Assembly: GCF_037042905.1 (NCBI RefSeq)
Contig: NC_087250.1
Span: 4,652,001 to 4,716,000 of the forward strand
Direction of reading: 5' to 3'
DNA: 64,000 nucleotides
Source: Lytechinus pictus
Taxonomy: Eukaryota
Shown here: piece by piece, positions 12,757-25,717 of the stretch
Position numbering within the stretch: position 1 is the stretch's first letter
How the letters are laid out: each line of letters begins with the position of its first letter
Notes under the pieces: generated by a model
What the model was told of the DNA's origin: nothing
Database searches by the model: none
The model's input: the letters and a program-made list of their open reading frames with translations, nothing else
Position numbers and translations under genes: made by a program

Positions 12757-13154
12757 GGGTTCCCAGCCCATCAGGGAAATCAGGGAAAATTATTTTACTT
12801 TTTCCCAGTCGGGGAAAAATCAGGGAATTTGATAAAAAATACCTCAAATCAGGGAAAAATGCCTGAAATGAGGGAAAAATCAGGGAATTTTGATCAGCCC
12901 AAATGTCGAAATCACGGTAGTCAGTCAGACTCTGTTATATTTTGTTGCATATCAAAACAACATCCATTGAATGACTGGTTATGGTGGTACTAATTAGTTT
13001 TACATTATTGTTTTTATACTGAAAATGTAATTCACTGCAACAACTTGCGAAAACACGCGAAACTAGGAAATGGTTTAAATAATTATCAGGGAATTTTTAA
13101 ACTTCATCAGGAAAAATCAGGGAATTTTGTTTTCTTGAAAAGCTGGGAACCCTG
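12757..13154. mobile_element. MITE with CAGGG termini (hAT-like)
   Basis: TIRs cagggttcccagc / gctgggaaccctg; internal tcagggaa repeats. Confidence 0.7.
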
Positions 13155-13300
13155 TTAATAGAGATCAAAAGACTACCATATGTTAAGTAAAATATATATC
13201 TGATTGTTTTATTTAAAAAAGTTTGAGTATCAAGACTACTCTAATGTACAGTGACCTATGGGAAGAGATTTACTGAGTTTGTTGACCCTTTCCTTTTCAG

Positions 13301-13432
13301 CAACAACTTGACGAGCTGGAGGCCATCAGAGCAGAGTTTGTTCCTCGTCATTCTCAGAACGGGGATGAGCTCGCAAGCGACGAGGAGGAGGATTACGACC
13401 AAGTGGAGGCGCTGTTGACAGGAACTACATGA
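13301..13432 (+). CDS. TBC1D2B: TBC1D2B-like terminal coding exon
   Basis: cag|QQLDELEAIRAEFVPRHSQNGDELASDEEEDYDQVEALLTGTT*; ELEAIR...SDEEED resembles the TBC1D2B C-terminus as recalled. Confidence 0.87.
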   Translation, partial: QQLDELEAIRAEFVPRHSQNGDELASDEEEDYDQVEALLTGTT

Positions 13433-14900
13433 ATTCCTAATGAATCATGCGATGCTGTAATGCGACCTTTGACATTTGACCCTCGACTCATTGTCATATT
13501 CAAGATCTGCCATGATGTGACATCTTCTTTCGCAAGAAAGATTACGACCAAGTGGAGGCACTATTAACAGGAGCTATTTGAAATCATGAATGAACTTTTG
13601 ATTCAGAAAAGTGACCTTTGACCTTGGACTCGTTGCCTATCATGATCTGCTTTGACAAACAAAATTACGACCAGGTGGGGATGTTTTGAGGAGGACCTAT
13701 GTGAATTCCTGAGAGAAGTTGTGATGCAGAAGGTTGACCTTTATTTGACTCAAAGCATTTTATTTACGAGGAGGATTACAACTATTTAGAGATGCTTTTA
13801 ACAGGAGCAAGATAAAATCATGAATGAACTTTTGATGCAAAATATGACCTTTGACCCATGCCTTTTATAATCTGCTGACATAAAGGAGCATTATTACCAA
13901 GTGGAGGTGTTGTTAGGATGACCTTTGTGAAATTCTGAAGTAACTTATGATGCATAAAGTGATTGTGACCTTTGACCCTTGTCTCATTGCATTTTATGAA
14001 TTGCCGTTACGTCAAATCCTGGTTGGGGAGACGACCACTGCTCGAGGTCTGAACTGCGGTTATATATACCCCAACTACAAAAACCTCTTTAGAGGATCCA
14101 AGTTATTTCATTTGGAAGCTTTTTTAACCCTGCATGACCAATTTAATCCCTCCTGCATGTATATAACTTTTCACCTCGGCAGGCAAGCCTGAGCGCCAAG
14201 CCAGGGTTAAAAGATAAAACAGCAGCTTCAAATCTGGGCCCTGTCTTACAAAGAGTTACGATTGATCCGATCAATCGTATCTCTATGGAAATCCATCAGT
14301 GTCATAATTTTCTTTTATGAAAAATTTGCACAATGTCCTTTGTATGCAAAGAGAAGCGCAGTGAATTATCAAGAAAACAATGAATACATGAATATACATC
14401 ATAGCTAGAAAATATTTTGAACAAACATGCATAGTAGATGTTGACGTTGCTGGCCGTCCATAGTTGCGATTGATTGGATCAATCGTAACTCTTTGTAAGA
14501 CGGGGCCCTGGGGTATATCTCCTCTAATGATGATTTTTTCCTCATGCTCTGACAAGGAAGATTACAATCAGCTGGAAATGTTCAGAGAACCTACATGTGA
14601 CCCTGAAAGAAATTGCGATGCAGAAAGGTGACCTGTGACCCATCGCCATTCAAGTTCTGCTGTGACACAATATTTTTTTACAATGAGGATTTTCACCAGG
14701 TCGATGCATTAGGGGGAGCTTCTTGAACAACACTACAGGAAGTCACGATTCCATGTCTTGACCTTTGACATTGAACTCATTTAACTGCCATGGCATTACA
14801 TTTACTAAATGGGGATTATCACCAGATTGAAATGATCCATGGGAAGTCAAGATTCTGAACTATGACCTTTGACATTTGACTTCATAAATTCAAGATCTGC
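13388..14900 (+). repeat. Diverged tandem repeat (~8 units) beginning in the last TBC codons
   Basis: Recurrent gattacgaccaagtggagg...tgacctttgac at about 13391, 13540, 13664, 13773, 13890, 14560, 14688, 14814. Confidence 0.75.
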
Positions 14901-16774
14901 TATACGTAATCCATTGTTTTAGTTTATGAGATGGGCTGTGATCTAATTGATGCATGGACGAGACTCATGAAAATCACCTCGCGATGTCGTATCCAAACTG
15001 GTTTAGCGTAAGTGAGGACACAGCCTTTCTTCTGGAAGCAATCTTCGCGCATTTTGAGCGTGCTACTCCGCATGACAGGTGTAGAATGCCTACGCTGCGG
15101 TTTCAAATTTCCCGCGAAATGTGTCACCCCACTGAAAGTGTTTCCATATCGCAACAAGATCGCTTCACGTGAAGTGATTTTGAAAACCACTTTTGTGTCA
15201 TCAAGTGGGAACGCTAGCAAAGCGATCTTTCAAACTGGTTTCCTGAATCGGTTTTCGGTAAACTAGTTTTAGAATGCGTAATGAGAACGGTGTCTAAGAC
15301 AAATACACGGTTATGGGTGACTTGACTTCCCCCTTATGAAATACCTCAAATCATGAAATTATGACATTTCTTGCCAATTAAATCAAGTTCCGTTCCTGTT
15401 TAGATCAACAATGTAAGAATCTACAATATTTTTATGGTGCTTGCCAAATGTGGACACCTATCAATTTTCTTTGTTTTGTTTTTTTCCCAAGGGTTTGTAT
15501 AGTATTTGAACTGTTATTTTATGGGCCGTTATAATTCTGAATCATGCGACTTGTAATTCTGTTACCATGGTAAATCACACCATTAATTATGTAAGTAGAA
15601 TATGGTGCTACATAACTGTTTAGAAGCACTTGCCCAGTTGGGCAAGTAAATTTTTAAATAGTTGGAATATACTTGCCCAAAAATCTATTTCACTTGCCCG
15701 AAAAAATCCTTGAAGTTTTACCTCTTCGAAGGAAAGTTTTGCGGTTTTATTAACCATTGACCTTTTTCTCTCTTTTGACATGAACTGATCTACCTTATTA
15801 TTGCATTTTTTTTTCCAAGGTGATTTTATCATGCCTGCCATGACCAAAATCAGGGTCCCTAATTTTGGTCATTCTGTGAGAATTTTGCTTGCCCAATTCG
15901 GGCAAGTAGTTCTGGTCTTTACTTCAAAACACTTGCCCGACTCTAACTTTTACTTGCCCCGGGCAATCAGGCAAGTGCTTATGTAGCACCCTATATGAAA
16001 TAGAGGTAATACAAATACGAATGTATTTTTATATTGAATGGGAAAAGGAAAGCAGCATATGAAACAGGCACAGAATCATGAAAAAATGGCAATGAAATGA
16101 CACAATGGAATTAAAGAACTGTGGAAGAAATTCAGAATAATAAGAAGCATAAATAACCATGGCAACCTAATTCATCTACTAGTAATATATACATTTAAAT
16201 GACTACATGTATTGTAACCTTGTACAGTTTCATGTCACCTGCAAATGTTCTCATAGTTGAAAATAGATATTTGCTTTCTTGTGACTTATTCATAATAAGT
16301 TTCCACCCCCCCCCCCCCCCTCTCTCTCTCTCAGCCCCTATCAATTTTGTTTTATGTTTATTGGAATAATAAACATAATTTATGAATCTGGACCAAATTA
16401 TAATCAGAATGTTATAATTCTATTTTCAAATACATTGTCATCAGATCAGTTTACTTTTCTCTTCTTTGCATGTTATTTCAATTTAAAGCAATTATATATA
16501 TTTACAAAGATGTAAAGTTATTCAGATTATATTGCATATATCTTCTTTTCTATATAAAATATCAAAAACGTGCATATTCATGTATGTATTCTATAGAGAT
16601 GTCTGTTTTGTTATTTGTGTGTATAAGTGATTAGTGCGTTGGATAAATAGTTCTCTTAGTGTATCAAGGATTATTATGTACATTATAATCTATTTACCTA
16701 ATCTATTTAAAATGGGATGTTTAACCCATATGCCTAGGCTTATATTCTTAAATTATGGAAAGCCGAAAATGTTG

Positions 16775-17362
16775 TTAAAGGACAAGTCCACCCCAAAAAA
16801 AAGTTGGTTTAAATAGAAAGAGAAAAATCAAACAAGAATAACGCTGAAAATTTCATCAAAATCGGATGTAAGTAAGCCTAAGATATGAAGAAAGTGATGA
16901 CGTATTAAAATTTGGCCTAATTTCATGAAATAGTTATATTATACATATATCACTATTTCTTTTGTATTTCATTACATGGAATATGAAATATACCTTTCTC
17001 CTCATTGTCATGTGAAACAAAGTTTTATTCCTCCCTGAACATGTGTAATTATTATTGTTTCATCATTTTGCGGTAAAAACAAGGCGGTCCTTATTGGGAA
17101 AATCTATAAAAATTGAAATATTGTACAATTCAAACAATAAAAAAACAAAAGAAATAGTGAGTTAGGGATGTCATCAACTCTCTTATTTGCATATCACTGA
17201 GACGTGCATATAAATGTTTTATGAAAAATAAGCAAAACTTTGAAATGCCATTACTTTCTTATTTTATAATCCGATTTGGGTGAATTTTTCAGTTTTATGC
17301 TTCTTTGATTTTTCTCTTTCTTATTAAAATCAACATTTTATTGGTGTGGTCTTGTCCTTTAA
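16775..17362. mobile_element. TTAA-TSD MITE, second family; related copies at 22810-23426 and about 56310-56850
   Basis: ttaaaggacaagtccacccc...gtggtcttgtcctttaa. Confidence 0.75.
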
Positions 17363-18919
17363 TATTGTATTTTCCTTGTGTTCACTGTTCTTTTTCCATT
17401 GTGCTATGATGGCGAAGAAAAATAGTTCAGCTGGGGTTAATTTGAACTCTGATGATGTCATATCCCCACTTGTTCTTTTGTATTTTATTATATGAAATTA
17501 GGTTTATTCAAAAACTTTCTACCAAGAACTAAAACAATTGGATTGACAACTGATTAAGTGCATCAGTTACTTATTGCTGTAACTTATTTCATCATAATGG
17601 AGACACATCATTTACACATTTGTGAAGAAATGATTTCATGAACATTACAAACAGGAAAGTGGGGATGTGACATCATCGGCCCACCCAATGAATATCCATG
17701 AAGACATGCCTAGAACTATCTCACTGGTATAATTGCAAATCTTTAAAATTCAGTAACTTTGTTAATTGTTATCCGATTTTGATGAAATTTTTAGCATTTC
17801 GCTTTGTGAATTTTACTCTATTTATTTAGATATAAACATCTTCAGCCCGGAGTATCCCTGGGGAGTATCCCTTTAAAGGTGTTTGTGAGTGAAGGGCGTA
17901 GGGTGGAGGTCACGTGCACCCTCCCGCTGAGGTAGAGGAGTTCCGACACTGGCAAGCAAAACGAAATATGTACCCCCTTCTGCTTTCAACAGCTGATATT
18001 CCAAACTTTAGTTCCACTTCCCCCAAGATGTGCACCTCCCTCAGTATCAATCAGATATGATTATTTACGTCTGGGACCGACCATTAACGTCACCATCCGA
18101 AAGACGTACTGACCAGGGCTCGAACCTCTGCATACATTTTTAACTCGACCCACAATGTATTGGATGACAGGCGCACGCCACAACGCCCAGTAAAAAGGGA
18201 CGTTCAACCCAAAGAAAAGTTTTGTATAAGAATAGTTGAAAAATAATAAGAAAATATTGGTGAATTAGGTTTGATCAATATCTATTGAAGATTATGAAAA
18301 GATATTATTAGAATTTAAGTTCTGGATTTGTGACGTCAAAAACGAGCAGCTGCCCCATATGTTATGAAATATAAAATGCATTCAGGTTCGCATGGGCGGA
18401 AATCTCTCCCCAAGGGCTGGAAAAATTGACAAGCAAAATATAAAAAAGAAGTATCACACCAAAAAGTAAGGTCAAACTTGTCCAAACTACATGTTTTATT
18501 TCGATTTTGAATGATGTATTTCTTTCCATCTTAAAAGGCAAAAAATAGTAGAGGGACATTTGATATTGTGTCACCCTACTATTTTGGGTAGGGGGGCGTC
18601 CCCCCCCCCCCCCCCCTGGGATTTCCGTCCATGCAGGTTCGTGATGACTTAATTTTGTTTTCTTTTAGGAACGGGTGTGAAATGATTTTGCAGCGTCACT
18701 CTTCGGTACATTGCCAAATTCGTCTCCTGCCAACTCGTCCATTCACCACATGGCCTAATTTCATTGAGTCTATTGCCATTCCGTCCATCAACATTTCGTC
18801 TTTCAATCATTAGTTCCAAAAACCATTTAGTCCAATCATCACTTAGTCTAATCACCATCTCGTCTCTTACTACTTCGTCTCATAACCAGTTGGTCTAATA
18901 TTCATTTCATTTTGCACAA

Positions 18920-19340
18920 TAATAATAATAATAATTAGACTTATATCGCGCCAAATCCACTCTGTAGAGTGCTCAATGCGCTTTTTAGGAAATTATAAAA
19001 GAAATTAAGAGGAATTGAACAGAAACGTTTTGAGGTAATGTTTGAAAGTTTCAAAAGACAGTTGAGGGAGGCTATTCCATAGCTTAGAGGATGAGTAAAC
19101 AAATGATCTTTCACCCCAGGTTTAGGACATTTTGGGATAACAAGAGAATTGGAGAAGGATGAACGTAAGGATCTTGAAGGGGTATAACTTTTGATAAGTG
19201 AAATAAGGTACTGGGGAGATGAGCCATGAACACAATGAAAAGTTAACAAAAATAAAAAAAAACAAAATCTTGAACATAATGCGCTGTTTTACAGGGAGCC
19301 AATGTAATGATCTTAAAATAGGAGTAATGTGAGTGCGCCT
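18920..19340 (-). mobile_element. CR1/L2-type LINE 3' fragment
   Basis: HITPILRSLHWLPVKQRIMFK...PQYL...YTPSRSLRSS with a frameshift and (tta)n tail. Confidence 0.85.
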
Positions 19341-20069
19341 TAGTCCAATTAGACCAGATGGAATATGGACTAAATGGCTATTGGACCGACTGGTTATTAG
19401 ACGCAATGGTGAGTGGACGAAATTGCAATTAGACCATGTGGATAATGGATGAATTGATGGTAGACGAAATGATAGGGGACGAGTTGGCAATTGGACGAAT
19501 TGGACTGAGCCGACTCTTCTAACCTTAATGGGAATCATTATCCTTGGTTAGCGGATATTGGGTGAAATCGTCATTTTTTGTTTTGGAGTTATGACGTCAT
19601 CATCATGGAATGGTTTTCCGTAGGCCCTGCACAACATTGTGGGGGCATTGCCCCATGACCCCCCCCCCCCCAAGAAAAAATAAATAAATAACGAATAAAT
19701 GTATGAATAATAAATCAATGGAAATAAATAGTAACCGACCAATAAAAAAGGCGCCATTATAGGAAATAAAAAGTAGTAAAATAAATTTGTTGATTAATAT
19801 GTCTTCTCTACCACCAACAATTGATTTTATTATAAAAATGTCAAAATTTTCGCACGCGCTCTTCCCTCACTTAAACCCCTTTTTATTTTTTTAAATACTT
19901 GGTAATAGATTTTGAACAATGCATACTCTATACCCCTCGAAATTGTTGACTCGTTATACCGCTCCGGTTGCGGTGTATAACCGATGTCCTGAAACCTCAT
20001 TTTGTTGCGGTTTGGTTTTCTTCCTTTGTTTTCTTTTTAATCTTTTTCTTTCCTTTTGCTTTACTGCCT

Positions 20070-20620
20070 GGATCGGCGCACTAAAATCGATACCCAAATC
20101 GATACGCCAGTTATCTTTCTCAATCGAATGTGCACCTCGTCCTATAATAGCTCCTACATCATAAAAGATTATATCGGTCTCGATTTCACCTTTTCATTTC
20201 GATTGTTGTATAATTGCTTTGCAAATCATTTTCACGAGTCATCCCAATCGCTCAAGCATTGACATCGCACTGAAATCAATACCCAAATTGATACGCCAGT
20301 TATCTTTCTCAGTCGAATGTGCACCTCGTCCTATAATAGCTCCTACATCATAACGAGAGATCAGGTCTCAATTTTACCTTTTCATTTTGATTGTTGTATA
20401 ATTGCTTTGCAAATCATTTTCACGAGTCATCCCGATCGGTCAAACATTGAAATCGCACTGAAATCAATACCCAAATTGATACGCCAGTTATCTTTCTCAA
20501 TCGAATGTGCACCTCCTACATCATAACGAGAAATTAGGTTTCGATTTCACCTTTTTATTTCGATTGTTGTATAATTGCTTTGCAAATCATTTTCACGAGT
20601 CACCCTGATCGCTCAAGCTA
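20070..20620. repeat. Three ~190-bp tandem units just upstream of the calmodulin-like TATA/ATG
   Basis: cgcact(a/g)aaatc(g/a)atacccaaat at about 20076, 20266, 20454. Confidence 0.9.
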
Positions 20621-20702
20621 AACTTTTATCAAGGAAAACGCCTGATCGAAATTTGGTATTCGAGATCCTATAAGGGCAGCCGATTGAAACATAATCAAGA
20701 AA

Positions 20703-20705
20703 ATG
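20703..20705 (+). CDS. Calmodulin-like gene exon 1 (ATG only)
   Basis: aaaATG|gtaagt with a TATA-like tataag at about 20669. An ATG-only first exon followed by a 31-nt exon is the calmodulin-superfamily layout. Confidence 0.65.
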
Positions 20706-21167
20706 GTAAGTTACAACAATTTTACTAGAATAAACAATTGTCTTTCCATAATGATAATAATGATAATATTAGCATGCTGATATAGCGCATATCACTGTCA
20801 AAAGCCTCCCGATTCGCTCATTGGAATGATGGGATATTAGTATATTGGTATTCTGGAACACTGTCATAACTTTTGTACACAGTTTTCTTTGAAATAAAGA
20901 AATTATTACAATCAATTTTTCTTTCTTTTTTTAATCTCTCTTTGTATTTCTTTATTTTTTCTTTCATTTTTTCTTTCTTTCATGCTTTCTTTTCCTTTTG
21001 TTATTTTCTTTCTTTCTCTCTCTGTATTTCTTTCTTCCTTCCTTTCTTTCCTTTCCCCCCTTTCTTTATATCTTTCTTTATTTCATGCATTCATTCATTC
21101 TTTCTTTCTTTTTTTCTATTAACAGTATTTTCTTTTTATTTCTATTTTCAACAATTAAGATTCTTAA

Positions 21168-21938
21168 CCCTAAAATGGCCGGGGGGGGGGTTGAATCAAC
21201 CCCCCCCCTCAACATTTTCTGCGATCATTCTGACGCGCGAAATTTTTTGACCGCGCCACTCGCAGAGTTTATACTTTTAAGTCTTGCGCATCTTTTGAGA
21301 CCAAATTTGTGACGCCCGGGTACACGGTTCCGAAATTACGCAACATTTTGTAAGTGCATGTCAGACCAAAAATTGTTCCAAAACGTGATTTTGTGTACAA
21401 AGTCAATGCAAATTGAGTTTTCTCATCTTATTCATAAAGATATGATTATTTTTACTTTAAACAGCTGAAAGCAATTGATTTTAGCATAATTATGCTTAAA
21501 AAAGGTTGTGCAATAAATCTGGTGAAAAAAACAAAGAAAAACAAAAGGTTGAAAAACAAAGAAATAGATAAGAAATTCATAAAACAATAAAATACATAAG
21601 AAATTGATTTCCAAACCGAAGTTTTTTTCCATTGCCATTGTTAAGAATGCTACAAAGAATATTTTCACCAAAAATTAGCATTCTAGGAGCTTTATTTAGT
21701 GAATTAGAGCAAAAAGTATGATTTATGCATAAATTAGCATAATTAATTCATATAAAATAAAATCTCATTATTTTTGAAAATTTTACCATACAGCCTTGTA
21801 GATTACATCGCACACTACCAGCGTGCAAATTTTTGCGGCGCTCGCGCGATCGGCGGCCGAGATCTCAGGGGGGGGGTTGAATCAACCCCCCCCCCCCCCC
21901 GGCCACAGAACAGCCAAAAAAGCCCGGCCTAGTTAGGG
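21168..21938. mobile_element. piggyBac-like MITE
   Basis: ttaa|ccctaaaatggccggg...cccggcctagttaggg|ttaa. Confidence 0.82.
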
Positions 21939-22766
21939 TTAATCTCACAGGATTATTTTGCTCACGAACAATTATATTTCAATCTAAATGTAAAACCTTA
22001 TTTGATATCTAAGCTATTTAGATAAACCATGATTCGACAGTTATTGTATTACATGTAAATAAAGGATATATAATTATGTTGTATGAGGCCTATTCTTATT
22101 TCCTTTTTTAGATACGAATTTCTTTATGTTTTCTCTCTTGCTCCTTGTAGGTCTAATTCATTTGAGAAATGAAGTAACATTTCAAATCAAACTATAATTT
22201 CTTATATTTTTTATTTCTCAATGTCACCACGATCAAGAGGCAAAATCCTGTTTCGAGTTCTTTATATATTATACTGACTTAACTACATTAATTCTGATGA
22301 TAAAAATGTTCTCTTTTAATCGGTAATATTCATTTCACAGTATAAACTTCGGCCTCAAAACAAATAATTTGTGAAGATTTGTTCTTCTTTGATGAATACG
22401 CAATAACGCAATCACAAAGCGGACAAGAACCAAGCAAAAAATGATAATAGCTTGCATTTCCGCAAAACCAAATCGTTATTTTCTTTTGTTTTTATCTATT
22501 CGTTTGATTTTTTTGTTTGTTTTTGTAAATGACACAATCCCACTTCCGTCTTACGTGTGTAATAGAAGGATATTGAAACGGATCTATAATTTGTGAATCC
22601 CGAGATAAAATGGAAATTCCAAATGTATTACAGTATGTGTCATTATGGTTTCATTTTTCTATAACAGTTATAGAAAAATGAAACCATAGTGACACACATT
22701 CCCCCCCTTCGCAAATGTTTAACTCTTAATTGTTCAGTTTTTCAAACGATCTTATTTTGTCCGTAG

Positions 22767-22797
22767 GAACGCTGCGTGAAGACAGAGGAAGATAACG
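22767..22797 (+). CDS. Calmodulin-like gene exon 2
   Basis: tag|ERCVKTEEDN(G)|gtaaag; 31 nt, phase 0 to 1. Confidence 0.72.
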
Positions 22798-23879
22798 GTA
22801 AAGTAGCATTTAAAGGTCAAGTTCACCCAAGAAAAATGTTGATTTGAAAAAAATAGATAATTGTCAAACTAGAACAACACTGAAAATTTCATCAAAATCG
22901 GATATAAAATTTAAAAAAAAGTTATGACATTTTAAAGTTTTGCTTATTTTTCACAAAGGAAAGTGATATGCACAACTCAGTAACATACAAATTAGACAGA
23001 CGATGATATCCCTCACTCACTATTCACTTTTTTTTTATTGTTTGGATATTATACAATATTTTATTTCTATTTACATATTTGACAATAAGGACCAAATTGA
23101 CTGAACCAAATGGTATGGAACAATTCTAATTCAAAATGTTCAGGTAGGGATTAACCATTGTTTCACTCGACAATGAGGATATAATTAGAATATTTCATAT
23201 AATGTAATAAAAGAGTAATAGTGAGTGGATGACGTCATCAGTCTCCTCATTTGCATACCGACCAGGATGTGCATATAACTGTTTTGTAAATTTAAGCGAA
23301 ACTTTAAAATGTCATAACTTTCTTATTTCACATCCGATTTTCATGAAATTTTCAGTGTTATGCTTGTTTGAAATTTTCCTCTTTTTATTCAAATCAACTT
23401 TCTGTTGGGGTGGACTAGTCCTTTAATGGTTTCTCATTAATGTCGGTTTAATAAATTTCAATTAAATGAACAGTGTGAACATTTTGATGACTAGGCTTTT
23501 CTTACTCTCATCGATGCTATACTACAAATGTAATGAATATAATAACCGATAATATAATAACATATGAATGATTAAAAGTTAGGATAATAATGATGGAATT
23601 TTATTCAAATAGAGGTGATTTAATCATAGAGCTATTACAGCTCTATGATTTAATAGATATTACCCCATGCACCCACACACACACCCTCACACATACATTA
23701 AAATAAAAATAGATTCGCTGTTCGAATCATCGATCAGTGACAATGGTACCATGAAAATAATAGAGGAAGACGTTTTGACTTTTCAAAGTAAAACTTTATT
23801 GAGAATCAAAATTTTACAAATAAGAAGAAGAAGAAAAAGGAGAAGAAAAACAAGAAGGGATGAGGCAGAAGTAATAGCA

Positions 23880-23926
23880 GCAGTAGCATTAGTAGTAGTC
23901 GTCGTCGTCGTCGTACTAGTGTAGTG

Positions 23927-23962
<36 letters not shown>

Positions 23963-23991
23963 TAGTAGTAGTAGTAGTAGTAGTGGTAGTG

Positions 23992-24054
<63 letters not shown>

Positions 24055-24077
24055 TAGTAGTAGTAGTAGTAGTAGTT

Positions 24078-24120
<43 letters not shown>

Positions 24121-24170
24121 CAGTAGTAGTAGTAGTAGTATTAGCAGTAGAAGTTGTTGTCTTGGTAGTA
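23880..24170. repeat. (TAG)n microsatellite
   Basis: Direct reading. Confidence 0.95.
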
Positions 24171-24358
24171 GTCATGGTAGTATTACAAGAAGAAGTAAGA
24201 CCATAAAGACGAAGACGATGATGATGATGTGGAGGACGACGATGAAGATTATGTAGTAGCAACAGCATCCAGTTGATAGTATTCGTATCATTAGTCGAGG
24301 TAGGAACAACTAAGGTCATATAATTATCTTGTAATTCAAATTTTCTCTCTCTACCCAG

Positions 24359-24505
24359 GGCTAGAAAATGTCTTCTCACTTTTTGCCAATGAATCAACCG
24401 GAGAGATAGGAGTTGATGACGTCAACAGAGCATTGAGGTCATGTGGATTCTTACCAACAGAAGAAGAAATCATAAACATGATTCATGAAGTTACGGGAAA
24501 TAAAG
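24359..24505 (+). CDS. Calmodulin-like gene exon 3 (degenerate EF1)
   Basis: cag|LENVFSLFANESTGEIGVDDVNRALRSCGFLPTEEEIINMIHEVTGNK|gtattt; resembles calmodulin FSLFD...RSLGQNPTEAEL. Confidence 0.88.
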
Positions 24506-25028
24506 GTATTTACACATTCATGCGATTATTGAATTCAATAATTTTATTTTTTTTCTTTTCACTAAGGAGTAAAGGACGTAATTTTTATACGTTTGGTATT
24601 ACGTATTTTTAAGATAATTAATTTACTTGTAGCAAAAGACAATTTTATTTGTTGGAGAGCATTTTGGTTATGCCTATTAATTTTATATATTTTTTGTTTG
24701 TATTATCATATCACTATTATATTATTATTATTACTATTATTATTATCGTTATTACTATTATTATTATTATCATTATTATTATTATTATTATTATCATCAT
24801 CATCCTCGATCACCATAACCACCACTATCATCAACATCATCGTCATTATCATCAGGAATCATCATCATCATCTTCATCAACATCATCATCTTCATCATCA
24901 CCATCATCATCATCTTTGTCATCATCATCATCAGGCATCATCATCATCATTACCACCATTTTCATCACTTGCAGCAGTGGCATCGATGACATCATTATTT
25001 TTATTCTTCTTTTCGTACAATTTTTCAG

Positions 25029-25143
25029 AGAAAACTTCCCTGACCTACTCAGACTTTTTATCACTGATGAAGGAGGAAGATTCCGAGCCCGACCTGAAAG
25101 ACATGTTCAAGGTTTTCGACAAGCACAACAGGGGAGCCATCAG
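25029..25143 (+). CDS. Calmodulin-like gene exon 4
   Basis: cag|EKTSLTYSDFLSLMKEEDSEPDLKDMFKVFDKHNRGAI|gtcagt. Confidence 0.88.
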
Positions 25144-25717
25144 GTCAGTTACCCGTAGAGGGCGTCAGCAACTCTGCTTATGGAAAGTGTGTGTGGAGGG
25201 GGTGGGGGTGGGGTGGGGTGGGGGTGGTGGTGGTGGTGGGGTGGGGAGGGGGCTGCTGGGCTGGTAATAATTAAAGCAATAGATGAAATTATAATGATGT
25301 CATGTTAACTGTGAAAATGAATACTGCAATACCATAGCCAATTTACCAGCACATAGACATGTACAGAATAACTTATAACCACAGTTAAAAATATAATAAA
25401 AGAAATAAGTCCCAGAAAACGTTATCTTAGTTTGTTACCCCGAGCATGTTTCACATATATTTTGTAAGGGACGTTTGATTCTGTAGGGTCCATTAAAGTT
25501 TCGAAAATTATTTCCACAAATCCTTCTTCTTACTTGAACGTTGCATGTACGTTTTAAAACGTCCGTTTTAGACAGTTAACAAATGGTGCTGGACGTCATA
25601 AAAACGGTTAGGTATCGATTTGAAAATGTTCTGTTTGCTAGACCCCTTCTTAGCTCCTACGTTTAATACGGACTTGGGATTTTTTTTTAATAGACCCTTT
25701 AAGGGCATACGGACAAC

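Noticed and set aside
23783..25020. Long ORFs with poly-L/T/H/I tracts (also 11354, 40864, 42406-43111, 44556)
   Set aside because: Translations of microsatellites.
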